In this document: piece by piece, positions 19,589-31,558 of the stretch
Layout of the letters: the number at the start of each line of letters is the position of its first letter
Numbering within the stretch: the first letter of the stretch is position 1
Translations under genes and position numbers: made by a program
Source: a bacterium
GTDB taxonomy: Bacteria > Patescibacteriota > Patescibacteriia > UBA10025
Direction: 5' to 3'
DNA: 64,000 bases
NCBI GenBank assembly: GCA_021815445.1
Contig: JAKAGM010000001.1
Location: 299,527 to 363,526 of the forward strand
The notes under the pieces: generated by a model
Seen by the model: only the letters and a program-made list of their open reading frames with translations
The model's database searches: none
What the model was told of the DNA's origin: nothing

Positions 19589-20154
19589 TTGCTCTTAATT
19601 TACTTTCAAAGCAGGACAAGCAGCTTGTTAAACAGAACATATACCTCAGGCTTACTCAGCGCTACGTGTTTACGGCAGTTTTTGCCGTAGCAATAATTGC
19701 AGGCGCATTGTTCGCCAATAAATATATTGCGCAAAAAAACATTGATGAGCTCCAGGGAAAAATTCAGGCTGCCACTCAAGCAACAATACTCGACCAGGGA
19801 GGGTCTCTACAGGATAATATCAAAAAAATAAACACCCAGCTTAAAGCCATCTCCGCTGTGCAGGCGAACTTTGTTCCGTGGGGACCAACTTTGGTCGACT
19901 TTTTTCATTATTTTCCAGCCGGGATTTCATTAAGCTCCTTTTCCGCTGATTCGGAAACAAAGGTTGTAAATATTCAGGGGACTGCAAAAACACGTGCTGA
20001 TCTTATAGCTTTTCGCGACTCGCTGAGTACTATTCCCTATTTTACCGCAACTCAATCCCCTGTTTCTGATCTTACCCAGCGTACCAATATCCAGTTCGAG
20101 GTAAGCGGAACGTTGAAAAGTAACTTTTGGAAACTGATTCCTCGATCGCAATGA
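19585..20154 (+). CDS. pilN: PilN-like alignment protein
   Basis: N-terminal LNLL motif, TM helix, coiled coil, ferredoxin-like domain; follows pilM. Confidence 0.8.
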   Translation: MIALNLLSKQDKQLVKQNIYLRLTQRYVFTAVFAVAIIAGALFANKYIAQKNIDELQGKIQAATQATILDQGGSLQDNIKKINTQLKAISAVQANFVPWGPTLVDFFHYFPAGISLSSFSADSETKVVNIQGTAKTRADLIAFRDSLSTIPYFTATQSPVSDLTQRTNIQFEVSGTLKSNFWKLIPRSQ

Positions 20155-20684
20155 CAACGTCTCCTGTGCAAAAAATATACATATACATCGGCATAGGGAT
20201 ACTGAGTGTTTTCGTGCTTTGGTTTTTTCTCTTAAGGCCAGAGATGCTGTCGTCTACGAAGCTCATCAGCGATTTTCGTGAACAGCGAGTATTCTTAGCA
20301 ACATTACTGAAAGAGCAGGAAAACCTCGCTACATCAAATAAGGATTTTACGGCGGTAAGCACACAGATAGAATCGTTAAAACCGATCATCCTCAAAACTG
20401 ATGAATCGCTAACATTTATTTCAGATGTGGAAAGTTACGCGGATGAAGAAGGGGTGGATGCAAAACTGAATCTTTCCCAACTCAGCTCCTCAACTGAGGT
20501 CCAGGACGTTCCGCTGGTCATCCGCGTAAAAGGGACTTTGGAAAAAACAATGAACTACATTCATCGTCTTGAGAGTTCCCAGTATTATATAGCCATTTCC
20601 TCTGTGAATATCACTCCAGTGAATGCCACTGATGTGACCGTTACACTTAATACCCATACGTATTGGATTGAGAAGGCGTTATGA
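20151..20684 (+). CDS. pilO: PilO-like alignment protein
   Basis: ATG at 20151 overlaps the pilN stop (ATGA); TM, coiled coil, VKGT..YIHRLES. Confidence 0.75.
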   Translation: MTTSPVQKIYIYIGIGILSVFVLWFFLLRPEMLSSTKLISDFREQRVFLATLLKEQENLATSNKDFTAVSTQIESLKPIILKTDESLTFISDVESYADEEGVDAKLNLSQLSSSTEVQDVPLVIRVKGTLEKTMNYIHRLESSQYYIAISSVNITPVNATDVTVTLNTHTYWIEKAL

Positions 20685-20977
20685 AGCTTCAATTCTCAAA
20701 ATTCAACAGATCTTTCTTTAGATACTTCTTTGTCATCCGCTCGAATATCGTCCTTGCCGGCATTATTGTGATCACGCTAGCCTTCATTGGTATGTATCTT
20801 AAAAGCCATCTACTGGACACTATTCTCCACCCAGCAGCAATTTCTGATTCTGTGGTAACAGCGCGACAACAGAAAATAAATATACTCTCTTTTAACACAA
20901 CGTTGCAGAATTACACAGCTAAGAAAGCTGCCCCAAAGTTAGAGGTCGGGACGCTTCACAATCCGTTTGCAGAATGA
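20681..20977 (+). CDS. Small single-TM protein ending in NPF (PilP-position gene)
   Basis: Translationally coupled to pilO; one TM helix; C-terminal HNPF. Confidence 0.65.
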   Translation: MKLQFSKFNRSFFRYFFVIRSNIVLAGIIVITLAFIGMYLKSHLLDTILHPAAISDSVVTARQQKINILSFNTTLQNYTAKKAAPKLEVGTLHNPFAE

Positions 20978-20984
20978 ACTTTAC

Positions 20985-21014
20985 TTGACAGGATCGACAT
21001 TTTTTTGATATCCT
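20985..21014 (+). promoter_or_regulatory. Putative promoter of rpmA (TTGACA-18-TATCCT, extended TG)
   Basis: Perfect -35 upstream of a ribosomal protein gene. Confidence 0.55.
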
Positions 21015-21050
21015 GCCAAATACCCATTTTTTATTTTTTAGCTTACTACT

Positions 21051-21377
21051 ATGGCACATGTTAAAGGAGTCGGAACAACCAGTCTCGGTCGAGAATCCGC
21101 TTCGAAACGCTTGGGAGTAAAAATATTCGCTGGTCAGCTGGCTCGTGCAGGGAGCATTCTCGTTAGGCAACGAGGAACGCGTTTTCATGCTGGAAAAAAT
21201 GTCGGACGGGGAAAGGACGATTCACTGTTCGCGATGGTCACGGGTAAAGTGCAGTTTGCAAAAAAAGTGAAGCGCGCATTTAATAACCGCTTAACCGAAA
21301 AAACGTTCATCCACGTTGTCCCTGCATCGAGCGAGCATGCCGAGTCTACCGCAAGGAGGCATGCAGAAAATCCCTGA
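21051..21377 (+). CDS. rpmA: 50S ribosomal protein L27
   Basis: [42 protein letters not shown]. Confidence 0.97.
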   Translation: MAHVKGVGTTSLGRESASKRLGVKIFAGQLARAGSILVRQRGTRFHAGKNVGRGKDDSLFAMVTGKVQFAKKVKRAFNNRLTEKTFIHVVPASSEHAESTARRHAENP

Positions 21378-22959
21378 AGAGGGGGTGTGGACGTATCGGT
21401 CGTGATTGAAATTCAGGGTGAAACTGGACCCCGACAAACCACGGGTGGTCTTTAAGCTCAACTATTTCAACTAAAAGCTTGTCCGGGGATACACCTGTGA
21501 TAGACATACCCGCTTCTTCAATTTGCTCGCGATACACGTTATTGAACTCATAGCGATGCCTGTGTCGTTCGAGAACCCGAGGAGCACCATATGCCTTGAG
21601 CGCCAATGAACCTTTGCTAAGGACACATGGCCAGCTTCCAAGACGCATTGAGGCGCCATACTCTTGCTTCATAAGTTTTTTTTCCTGTTCAGACATGATA
21701 TGGATTACAGGATCTTTTGTTTTTTCATCAAATTCAGTGCTATTCGCACCCTTGAGCTTCAGTACGGACCGCGCAAACTCGATGACTGCGATCTGCATGC
21801 CGAGGCACAACCCGAGGAATGGGACATTATGAGTTCTTGCATATCCTGCAGCGGAAATTTTTCCCTCAATACCGCGAGAACCAAAACCTCCGGGAATAAC
21901 AATACCATCGACACTTTGCAGGGTAGCCCATTCTTTTTTATCTTTCTTCTCTATTTTTTCCGCGTCAATCCACTCAAGCTTTAACTTGGCATTGTGATAA
22001 TACGTGGCTGATTTTAGCGCTTCCAGAACACTAAGGTAGGCATCGCCAAGTTCGGTGTATTTCCCCACCATACCAATCCGCACTGATTTTGTGGGGTGTT
22101 GAATCCGCCTCACGAGAGTTTTCCATGAACTTAAATTGGGCTTTTGTGTCTTAATCTGAAATTGGGAAAAAATTATATCCGAAATGCCATGCCGCTCGAG
22201 GTTCAAAGGAACTTCATAGATGCTTTTACTAGTCTGGGCTGGGATGACGGCCTTGACGGGGACATCGCAAAAAAGCGAGACTTTTTCCAAGTGCTCTTTT
22301 TTAATGGGATAATCTGCGCGGGCAATGATAATTTCAGGCTGGATTCCAAGGCGGCGTAGTTCACGGACACTTGCCTGTACCGGCTTCGTTTTGAGTTCAT
22401 GGGATGTCTTGAGGTAAGGAAGCAAAGCAACGTGCACGAAAAGGACGTTTTGGTTTCCCACCTCCTGGTGGAGCTGTCTGGCAGCTTCGAGAAAAGGCTC
22501 GCCTTCAATATCCCCAACCGTCCCGCCAATTTCCATAATCAGGAAATTGGCATTGCTTGATTTTGCAGTAGAATAAATCCTTTTTTTTATGGCATCGGTA
22601 ATGTGAGGGATGATTTGTATGGTTTTCCCGAGAAAGGTGCCCTTACGCTCTTTTGCGATGACTTCCTGATATGCCTGACCTGTAGTCATATTGCTTTCAG
22701 CATTCAAATTTACATCAAGAAACCGCTCGTAATGACCCAGGTCAAGGTCGGTTTCTGTGCCGTCCTCAAGCACATATACCTCACCGTGCTGGTATGGATT
22801 CATCGTACCGGGATCGACGTTGAGATACGGATCAAACTTTAAGCTAAAAACTCTGAAGTTCGTCGCCTTAAGTAATGCGCCAATGGATGACGCCACTATT
22901 CCTTTGCCTAATCCGGAGCAAACCCCTCCCGTAACGAATATGTACTTTGTCCCTGTCAT
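21346..22959 (-). CDS. pyrG: CTP synthase (start revised to ATG 22959)
   Basis: [39 protein letters not shown]; the revised start removes the overlap with rplI. Confidence 0.98.
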   Translation of the reverse strand: MTGTKYIFVTGGVCSGLGKGIVASSIGALLKATNFRVFSLKFDPYLNVDPGTMNPYQHGEVYVLEDGTETDLDLGHYERFLDVNLNAESNMTTGQAYQEVIAKERKGTFLGKTIQIIPHITDAIKKRIYSTAKSSNANFLIMEIGGTVGDIEGEPFLEAARQLHQEVGNQNVLFVHVALLPYLKTSHELKTKPVQASVRELRRLGIQPEIIIARADYPIKKEHLEKVSLFCDVPVKAVIPAQTSKSIYEVPLNLERHGISDIIFSQFQIKTQKPNLSSWKTLVRRIQHPTKSVRIGMVGKYTELGDAYLSVLEALKSATYYHNAKLKLEWIDAEKIEKKDKKEWATLQSVDGIVIPGGFGSRGIEGKISAAGYARTHNVPFLGLCLGMQIAVIEFARSVLKLKGANSTEFDEKTKDPVIHIMSEQEKKLMKQEYGASMRLGSWPCVLSKGSLALKAYGAPRVLERHRHRYEFNNVYREQIEEAGMSITGVSPDKLLVEIVELKDHPWFVGVQFHPEFQSRPIRPHPLFRDFLHASLR

Positions 22960-22960
22960 G

Positions 22961-23407
22961 TTATTCTTTTTCAATATTGAGTTTAAGAGTATACGCCTTT
23001 GCTGACCGGTCCACGAGGGTGTATGTGTGTTCACCAGTTGTTTGTAGAGGCCGCGGCAGAACGATTGCGGTGTCGGCAAGAGATATGCCAGTTAGCCCGT
23101 GTATTCGTTTCTGAATATCCCGGGCAGTGATACTGCCAAAAAGCTTCCCTTGGTTATTTGCCTTTGCGCGGATGAATAGCGGTTCCTGGACGAGCCGTTC
23201 ATGGACAGCATGCACTTCTTCCACGAGTTTCCGGATTTTATCATCCTCTACCTTTCGTTCTCGAAGCAACTTTTTTTCTGCCTCAGGGGTCGAGGGAACA
23301 GCTAACTTTTGCGGAAAAAGGAAATTTCTTGCATAACCATCACTCACGGTACGTGTTGTCCCCTTTTTTGCTGTACCCTTAATTTCTTTGAGAAAAACTA
23401 CCTTCAT
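22961..23407 (-). CDS. rplI: 50S ribosomal protein L9
   Basis: [26 protein letters not shown]. Confidence 0.95.
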   Translation of the reverse strand: MKVVFLKEIKGTAKKGTTRTVSDGYARNFLFPQKLAVPSTPEAEKKLLRERKVEDDKIRKLVEEVHAVHERLVQEPLFIRAKANNQGKLFGSITARDIQKRIHGLTGISLADTAIVLPRPLQTTGEHTYTLVDRSAKAYTLKLNIEKE

Positions 23408-23685
23408 GAGTAGTGAATGCCAAATTGAGTATAGGTGTCAGAGTCGTTTATCTGCTCGATCTCTAGTCTCTCGATATGGGATGCCCCGGGATGAGTTCGC
23501 AACCAGTCGCAGAGCTTTTGCACATTTTCCGGTATTCCCCTGCATACGATTAACGCCCCGCCCTCCTTCGTATTACGAACAAAACCTACGAGACTGAGGG
23601 CTTGAGCCTTTTCCTTTATCATCCATCTCAGGGAAACGCCCTGTACTCGACCATGTACCGTTATTGCATGGGTCAACCGGGTCAT
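23404..23685 (-). CDS. acyP: Acylphosphatase
   Basis: [16 protein letters not shown] signature. Confidence 0.9.
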   Translation of the reverse strand: MTRLTHAITVHGRVQGVSLRWMIKEKAQALSLVGFVRNTKEGGALIVCRGIPENVQKLCDWLRTHPGASHIERLEIEQINDSDTYTQFGIHYS

Positions 23686-24947
23686 TTTGCTCGTACAACG
23701 TCTTGCGCCTCTTTGAGCTGTGTATCTATTCCCTTTGCAGCGTCGGCATCGTTCTGGGTAACTTTGACATCAGGGGTAATACCGTTTTGATCGATTGACC
23801 GACCCAGAGGGGTGAGCCACTCTGCAATGGTGATTTTCAGCGAAGAACCGTCGTTAAATTCCTCTAAATCCTGTACCACTCCCTTTCCAAATGTCTGCTC
23901 CCCAACAACCTTGGCGCGCTTATGGTCTTGAAGGGCGCCCGCGACAATCTCAGAAGCCGAGGCGCTCCCTTTATTCGTCAAGACCACGAGCGGAATAGTG
24001 CTCACGGTTCCCGCAGATTGTGAAGTATATGACTTCTCCTCTTTGTCTCGGAATCTTTCTGTGACAACCACTTGATTTTTCTCAGTGAGAAATGTCTCGG
24101 TAATATGCACGGCGGCGTCAAGGTATCCTCCAGGATTGTCCCTAAGGTCCAGGATGATATATTTTGGATTTTTTACGAGCATTTCGCGAACTGCACGGTC
24201 AAAGTTTGCATCGACGCGTGAATCAAAACTGGTAATCTGAATATACGCAACATCATTATCAAGCATGCGCCATACCACGCTGTCAAGAGTTATATTATCT
24301 CTTATAATAGTCAGTGTAAAGGGATCTTTAGTTCCTTCGCGGGCAAGCTGGAGGGCAACTTTGGTGCCTTTTGGCCCGCGTATCATTGTAATCGCCTCTG
24401 AAAGTGACAGGCCCTGGGTGTCGGTTGAATCTATTTTTAGTATCAGATCTCCCGCCTTTATTCCGCCCTTCTCAGCCGGGGAGTTGGCAAGCGGGGCAAT
24501 GACGGTGAGCATATCATCTTTGATGCCAATTTCAGCGCCGATTCCATCGAACTCCCCATCGAGTTCCTTGTTGTACTTTTCAGTCATCGCAGGATCGAGA
24601 AATACGGAATAAGGGTCGCCTAAACTCTGAACGAGTCCTGCAAGCGCGCCATAGTACAATTTGCTGGTGGTTTGCCCGCCACGCAGATAACGTGTCTGAA
24701 TAGCATCCCAAACTTTTTCAAACGCATCCGACTGGACTTGGCGCCCCGAGAGAGCTTGAGGAGCATGTAGAAGAAGCTGCGAGAAGGAGAGAGCTGGTGT
24801 GGAGTTCCGGAAAGAAGTCCAAAGTCCGACAAGGAGTCCAGCGGAGAATATTAAAGAACAAAGGAGCATGCCCGTAACAATAAGTCGTGTGCGCGATTTG
24901 CGTTTCATGGGAGGTTGACTTTGCATGCTGAATAGTGGTGTATTCAT
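23682..24947 (-). CDS. ctpA: C-terminal processing protease (S41A, PDZ domain)
   Basis: LGDPYS, GIGAEI, LDLRDNPGG, SASASEIVAGALQD, TFGKG. Confidence 0.93.
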   Translation of the reverse strand: MNTPLFSMQSQPPMKRKSRTRLIVTGMLLCSLIFSAGLLVGLWTSFRNSTPALSFSQLLLHAPQALSGRQVQSDAFEKVWDAIQTRYLRGGQTTSKLYYGALAGLVQSLGDPYSVFLDPAMTEKYNKELDGEFDGIGAEIGIKDDMLTVIAPLANSPAEKGGIKAGDLILKIDSTDTQGLSLSEAITMIRGPKGTKVALQLAREGTKDPFTLTIIRDNITLDSVVWRMLDNDVAYIQITSFDSRVDANFDRAVREMLVKNPKYIILDLRDNPGGYLDAAVHITETFLTEKNQVVVTERFRDKEEKSYTSQSAGTVSTIPLVVLTNKGSASASEIVAGALQDHKRAKVVGEQTFGKGVVQDLEEFNDGSSLKITIAEWLTPLGRSIDQNGITPDVKVTQNDADAAKGIDTQLKEAQDVVRAK

Positions 24948-26215
24948 GCTTTGTGTCGAGTGATATGTGCTCCGAGCTCTTTTAAGCGACCATCAATATG
25001 CTCATAACCTCTGTCAATACGTTCTATATGTTCGAGAGTACTTTCACCTTGGGCTATAAGCGCAGCGATAAGAAGAGTCGCCCCGGCGCGAATATCGAAC
25101 GAGGTAATCCTTTTGCCATACAAAATCGTAGGACCGTTAATCACAGCGGTATGTTGGTCAACAGTTTTGGCATCAGCACCCATACGTTGAAGTTCTTTAA
25201 TATACCCGAGTCTCCCATCGTACATGGTTTCAAAAATTCTCCCCATTCCCTTCGCCTGAGTCATAAGCACGCTTATCGGAGCCTGCAGGTCTGTAGGAAA
25301 CCCAGGGTAAGGGCGCGTATCTATCGAAATAGGTTCAAAAATAGTCGTTGGAAGAATACACAGTGTTGAATGCATGTTATCTTCACGTTCAAGTAAGTAC
25401 TGGACATTAGCTCGTTGCAGCACATTAAGGACGGCATCAAGATGGTCAGGACACACACCATGAATGTTGACTTTGCCCCGGCTCACCGCTGCAGCTATTG
25501 CAAACGTACCGGCCTCTATTCTGTCTGGGATTAATGTATAGTCAGACCCGTGAAGCTTTGATTGACCCCTGACGCGCAGTAAAGATGTTCCAATCCCGTC
25601 TATTTGCGCCCCCATCGAGTTGAGAAAACCGGCTAAATCGGATATTTCAGGCTCTGATGCCGCAAGATGTATCTCAGTTTCACCCTGGGCAAGACAGGCC
25701 GCCAGAAGAGCGTTCTCAGTAGCTGTTACGCTCATCTCGTCAAGGACGACTTTATTTCCTAGCAATTTTTTTGCCGAAAATGCATAGAGATCGTCATCGC
25801 GGTCAACCGATACGCCGAGCTGCTGCAAGGCGCGAATGTGCGTGTCTATCGGTCGTGCACCAATTAGGCATCCTCCGGGCAATGGAATCGTGACTTCGCC
25901 TGAACGGGCAAGAAGCGGGCCTACAACCATAATCGATGCACGCAGATGTTTCACGAGCTGATAGTCCGGATGCGTTGATGAAATAGTCTTGCAATGAATA
26001 CTTACCGTATTTTTATTGAAAGCTACCGCCGCGCCGATACCCTGAAGGATGGCAAGCAAAGAACGAACATCAGCTATATCCGGAACGTTACGAATTATAC
26101 ACGGTTCCGACGTCAAAAGAGCCGCAGCGAGTAATTTCAACGCCGCATTCTTTGCACCGCTCACGGTAATATCACCGTTTAACGAATTTCCGCCCTCAAT
26201 GAGAAAATACTCCAT
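24944..26215 (-). CDS. murA: UDP-N-acetylglucosamine 1-carboxyvinyltransferase (start revised to 26215)
   Basis: SGAKNAAL, LRASI, PGGCLIGARP (catalytic Cys), PYPGFPTDLQ; the promoter lies inside the longer ORF call. Confidence 0.97.
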   Translation of the reverse strand: MEYFLIEGGNSLNGDITVSGAKNAALKLLAAALLTSEPCIIRNVPDIADVRSLLAILQGIGAAVAFNKNTVSIHCKTISSTHPDYQLVKHLRASIMVVGPLLARSGEVTIPLPGGCLIGARPIDTHIRALQQLGVSVDRDDDLYAFSAKKLLGNKVVLDEMSVTATENALLAACLAQGETEIHLAASEPEISDLAGFLNSMGAQIDGIGTSLLRVRGQSKLHGSDYTLIPDRIEAGTFAIAAAVSRGKVNIHGVCPDHLDAVLNVLQRANVQYLLEREDNMHSTLCILPTTIFEPISIDTRPYPGFPTDLQAPISVLMTQAKGMGRIFETMYDGRLGYIKELQRMGADAKTVDQHTAVINGPTILYGKRITSFDIRAGATLLIAALIAQGESTLEHIERIDRGYEHIDGRLKELGAHITRHKA

Positions 26216-26230
26216 AATGGTATCGCATGT

Positions 26231-26297
26231 AGTATATGGAAATTCCCGCAGAAAATCAAGAATGGTCATGGACATTTCAGGTTCTGGATATTATACT
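26231..26297. promoter_or_regulatory. Back-to-back divergent promoters: murA (TTGATT-17-TATACT, minus) and PEGA gene (TGGACA-17-TATACT, plus)
   Basis: Both have 17-bp spacers; -35 boxes at 26254-26259 and 26269-26274. Confidence 0.6.
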
Positions 26298-26308
26298 TCC
26301 AGGAAAGT

Positions 26309-27637
26309 ATGTCTATCACTACGCGAAGAATATATTTTGCATCGCTTCTGCTGTTTTTTACGCTTGCTGCCCCTCTTCTGATTTACTATTCCCGAGGGTG
26401 GCGTTTTGATATCGGCACAAAAAAAATAGTCCTTACTGGAACACTTTCAATAACGACAGACCCGGCAGGCGTTTCCTTGAGTCTCGATGACAAAAATATC
26501 GGACGAAGCCCAATCAAGGCTATGAGGGTCGCTCCGGCGAATTATATGGTCAAGTTCTCTAAAGAGGGCTATTTCAGTCGCGAACAGCCGCTGGACATCG
26601 AGGAAGGCAAGGCCGCAGTATTAAATAAAGTTGACCTTTTTAAAAGCGAGTCCTCGAGGAATAGAGTACTCACCGGCGATATTTCGCTTTTTACCGAGTC
26701 CCCAGACAAAAAATACCGAGCGTCTATACTTCATACGCTCAGTGGCGATACCCTGATGATCCAAAAAAAGCCGGACACGCCCTTCGAGCCATTCGGAAAT
26801 TTTGCTCCACAATCTGTTTCATCAATTGTATGGAGTCCTGATGCTGCAAGTCTTGTGATTGAAACAAAGCTGGATGCCAGAAGAGAGTTTAGCCTCGCGA
26901 CCCTTGCGTCAAGACAGCTACAGTCGATACTTACGACTTCTGATGAGAAAATTCAGATACTCTGGGATCAAAATGACGGGTCGAGGTTGTATGTAAAAAA
27001 CGGGGATACAATTAGCCTTTTTGGCACTAAAAGTGTATACACTCTGCCCGGTAATACTTTAAGTCTGCTTATCCAAGGAAAAAAAGGTTTCTTTCTTGTT
27101 GAGCGGGATAACAAAACAATAGAACTTATCACACGCGGACTCAATGAATCAGTAGAATCAGAAACCGTAATCCAGGACAAACTTCCACTTTCACGCGAAG
27201 CTGCATTGTCGGCTCATCGAGACTATATGATCATCACTGATCCTACGAACAATTTGCTTTATGTTTTCCGAGCTTCAATAAGCAAACCTGCGCTTTTTTA
27301 TCAGGCCAGCTCAGTTACTTTTGCTGAATGGCAATTTGATCAGGATGCATTACTCTTCGGCAACGATCACGCATTGCACCTCCTCGGCCAAGATGGAACC
27401 GACCGGGTAGTGGTCCGTTATGCTGATATCATTCACAGCCCTACATGGATCTACAAAAAAAACCTGGCACTCCTCATCCATAACGGCTTTGTGACAGTTG
27501 CGGATCTCAATTATTCGCCGGCAGTCACATTAGAGCTCTTCCCGTTTGACGCCGCGACTATCTCGACTGATGAGAGCGGCAAATATATGTTTCTTGTTAC
27601 TCCTCAGGAGGTCACCGGCATTCAAATATCAAACTGA
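26309..27637 (+). CDS. Membrane-anchored PEGA-domain protein with beta-propeller-like C-terminus
   Basis: N-terminal TM, GTLSITTDP.G..LD..G.SP..Y.VKFSKEGY (PEGA), later WSPD repeats. Confidence 0.8.
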   Translation: MSITTRRIYFASLLLFFTLAAPLLIYYSRGWRFDIGTKKIVLTGTLSITTDPAGVSLSLDDKNIGRSPIKAMRVAPANYMVKFSKEGYFSREQPLDIEEGKAAVLNKVDLFKSESSRNRVLTGDISLFTESPDKKYRASILHTLSGDTLMIQKKPDTPFEPFGNFAPQSVSSIVWSPDAASLVIETKLDARREFSLATLASRQLQSILTTSDEKIQILWDQNDGSRLYVKNGDTISLFGTKSVYTLPGNTLSLLIQGKKGFFLVERDNKTIELITRGLNESVESETVIQDKLPLSREAALSAHRDYMIITDPTNNLLYVFRASISKPALFYQASSVTFAEWQFDQDALLFGNDHALHLLGQDGTDRVVVRYADIIHSPTWIYKKNLALLIHNGFVTVADLNYSPAVTLELFPFDAATISTDESGKYMFLVTPQEVTGIQISN

Positions 27638-27682
27638 CTCCGGCTGTCGCCCGGTTAATCTGAAGAATCTGCCTATCGGTCA

Positions 27683-28423
27683 TCAGGAGGAAGATGATTT
27701 GTTTTTTGCCCACTTTGCCGCCAAAACCTGCGCTTCGAGAAGGGAGTCAAAAGATTCACCGCCGTCTCCCCACCACCCCTTGAGCACCTGATAGGTCATC
27801 ACCCCTTTTTGAATGTAGTAGTTGTTGACATCGGTAATTTCCAGCTCCCCTCGGTCAGAAGGTTTGAGGGTCTTAATGACATTGAACACATTTTTATCGT
27901 ACATATACACCCCAACCACCGCCAGATTGGTCGGCGGATTCTTGGGTTTCTCAATAATACGGGTTATTCGTTCATTTGTAATCTCCGCGACTCCGTACGA
28001 TTGAGGTTTTTTTACCTCCTTGAGAAATATTTTTGCGCCCGCTTTTTGCTTCTCAAACTCGTGAGCGGCAGCCGAGATGTCATCTTCTAGAATATTATCA
28101 CCGAGCACGACAACAATCTTCTGGTTATCAGCGAAGTCTTCCGCCAGCCCAAGAGCCTGCGCTATTCCACCGGCTCCTTCCTGAAAAGTATAGTGGATCT
28201 CATGCAGTCCGAACTCTTTGCCATCACCAAGCAGCCGGACAAAGTCCCCCGGGTTGCCGCCGCCCATGACCAGGAGGATATCTTTAATCCCTGCACGGGC
28301 AAGGGTCTCCAAAGGATAAAAAATCATCGGCTTATTGTACACGGGGAGCAAATGTTTGTTGGTTACCCGTGTAAGCGGGCGGAGACGGGTTGCATTGCCT
28401 CCGGCGAGTATGATGCCTTTCAT
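27683..28423 (-). CDS. rmlA: Glucose-1-phosphate thymidylyltransferase (short form)
   Basis: GIILAGG.ATRLRPLT..NKHLLPVYNKPMI, RGELEITD. Confidence 0.92.
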   Translation of the reverse strand: MKGIILAGGNATRLRPLTRVTNKHLLPVYNKPMIFYPLETLARAGIKDILLVMGGGNPGDFVRLLGDGKEFGLHEIHYTFQEGAGGIAQALGLAEDFADNQKIVVVLGDNILEDDISAAAHEFEKQKAGAKIFLKEVKKPQSYGVAEITNERITRIIEKPKNPPTNLAVVGVYMYDKNVFNVIKTLKPSDRGELEITDVNNYYIQKGVMTYQVLKGWWGDGGESFDSLLEAQVLAAKWAKNKSSSS

Positions 28424-29268
28424 AAGGTTGGTTTAGTTGATAGATAATCCCTGAGCGCGTCCTGCCATTTTTGAAGTTTTGGGAGTTTGGTATTAATCAG
28501 CATTGAATACCGGGGACGTTGTGCGGGGCGTGGAAATGTGCCTGCAGGCACTGGAATCAGTGTACCACTCCATCCAATTTGGGCAAATATTTCCTTTGCG
28601 AAACCGTACCAAGTGCAACCACCAGCATTGGTGACATGGTATATCCCCCACGGGTTGTTTCCATCAACAATTTCCCGTGTCCGTCGAGCAAGATCGGATG
28701 CATAAGTTGGACAACTGAGCTCCTCGTCAATGACAGTAAGGGTTGATTTTTCATGCGAGAGCTTGAGCATTTTATCCACGAAGCTTTCCTTAGTCTCTTG
28801 GCTGGAACCAGGAGAACCAAAAAGACGAGATAGTCTTATCAGGTAATATTTTGTGCAACACCGTTGGAGCTCCTGCTCTCCAAGTGCCTTTGACCTGGCG
28901 TACGCGCTTATTGGAGACTGAGGAGCGTCTTCTGCATACCCTTCTTTTTTTTGACCATCAAATATGTAATCAGTGGAATAGTGGACCAAAATTGCCCCAA
29001 TCTCCTGAGCAACAGAGGCAAGGTATCCCACCGCATAACCGTTTACCCTATCTGCGGTTTCCGAGTCAGTTTCGGCCGCGTCAACATTATTATATGCGGC
29101 AGCATTGATGATAATTTCTGGGTGCAGGCTGGCAATTTTATTGAACGTGTCTTCCTTCTCCGTAATGTCAATTTCAGCCCTATCCCATAACGAAAGCTCA
29201 GAATCTGAAAATGTCCGGGCGAGCTCCTGCCCAAGCATTCCTCTGCTGCCTATGATCAGCGCCTTCAT
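28420..29268 (-). CDS. rmlD: dTDP-4-dehydrorhamnose reductase
   Basis: GSRGMLG, NAAAYN.VD, YSTDYIFDG, YARSK, PAQRP. Confidence 0.95.
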   Translation of the reverse strand: MKALIIGSRGMLGQELARTFSDSELSLWDRAEIDITEKEDTFNKIASLHPEIIINAAAYNNVDAAETDSETADRVNGYAVGYLASVAQEIGAILVHYSTDYIFDGQKKEGYAEDAPQSPISAYARSKALGEQELQRCCTKYYLIRLSRLFGSPGSSQETKESFVDKMLKLSHEKSTLTVIDEELSCPTYASDLARRTREIVDGNNPWGIYHVTNAGGCTWYGFAKEIFAQIGWSGTLIPVPAGTFPRPAQRPRYSMLINTKLPKLQKWQDALRDYLSTKPTL

Positions 29269-29272
29269 ATTG

Positions 29273-30271
29273 TTATCGTTCGATGTATTGCCTGGTGTAG
29301 TATTCCTGGAACTTTTTGCTTTTGAGCCTTTTCCACCATGCAGGATTGTCTTTGTACCATTGAATCGTTTTTGTTATCCCCCGTTCAAAAGTTGTTTTCG
29401 GCTTCCAACCGAGATGTCTCAAACGGTCGGAGTTTATCGAATAGCGAAGATCATGGCCCGGCCTGTCTTTCACATATTCTATGGAACGCTCGTCTTTTCC
29501 AAGCTCATGAAGAATGAGGCGCGTCAATTCGATGTTTGTTATCCCCTCACCAGTCCCTATATTGTAGACTTCGCCCAGGGCGCCTTTGTGAAGGATGAGA
29601 TCAACCGCCCGGCAATGATCTTCTGTGTAAATCCACTCACGTTGGTTCAAACCTTTGCCGTAGAGCGGAACCTTTTTGCCTTCAAGAAGATTGGTGACAA
29701 AAAGAGGAATAACTTTCTCAGGATACTGGTTAGGTCCATAAAAATTAACGCTATGAGTCACAATGACCGGGGTGCCGTAGGTCCTGATAAAAGCCCGGCA
29801 GAGCATGTCACCGCCGGCCTTCGACGCTGAATACGGGCTGTTGGGCAGGAAGGGGCTTTCTTCGGTAAACTCCCCCTTTTCAATACTGCCGAACACTTCA
29901 TCCGTCGATATTTGAACCATCCTAGGAATTTTGTATTTCTCAACTGCTTCAAGGAGCGTGAGAGTGCCTATAACGTCGGTAACCGCAAAATCCCTCGCCT
30001 CCATAATTGAGCGGTCCACGTGAGTTTCAGCCGCGTAGTTTATAATAGCATCAACGCCTCGTGCAACATCACCGACGCATTTCGCATCCGCAATATCGCC
30101 GCGCATAAAACCATATCGGGGATTTTGTTCTACATCTCTGAGATTTTCAGGGTTTCCCGCGTACGTCAGTTTATCAAGGTTCACCACCTCATAGTCCTCA
30201 TACTTCTCGAGGATATAGCGTATAAAGTTGGATCCCATGAACCCGGCGCCGCCGGTAACAAGTATTCGCAT
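29273..30271 (-). CDS. rmlB: dTDP-glucose 4,6-dehydratase
   Basis: TGGAGFMGS, DKLTYAGN, AAETHVDRS, STDEV, PYSASK, DRPGHD.RY. Confidence 0.97.
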   Translation of the reverse strand: MRILVTGGAGFMGSNFIRYILEKYEDYEVVNLDKLTYAGNPENLRDVEQNPRYGFMRGDIADAKCVGDVARGVDAIINYAAETHVDRSIMEARDFAVTDVIGTLTLLEAVEKYKIPRMVQISTDEVFGSIEKGEFTEESPFLPNSPYSASKAGGDMLCRAFIRTYGTPVIVTHSVNFYGPNQYPEKVIPLFVTNLLEGKKVPLYGKGLNQREWIYTEDHCRAVDLILHKGALGEVYNIGTGEGITNIELTRLILHELGKDERSIEYVKDRPGHDLRYSINSDRLRHLGWKPKTTFERGITKTIQWYKDNPAWWKRLKSKKFQEYYTRQYIER

Positions 30272-30280
30272 AAGGTTAAC

Positions 30281-31558
<1,278 letters not shown>

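Noticed and set aside
22960-23079. 40-aa N-terminal extension of PyrG
   Set aside because: It overlaps rplI; the conserved KYIFVTGG begins just after ATG 22959
29105-29830. 241-aa plus-strand ORF
   Set aside because: Antisense shadow of rmlB/rmlD; no motifs or expression signals
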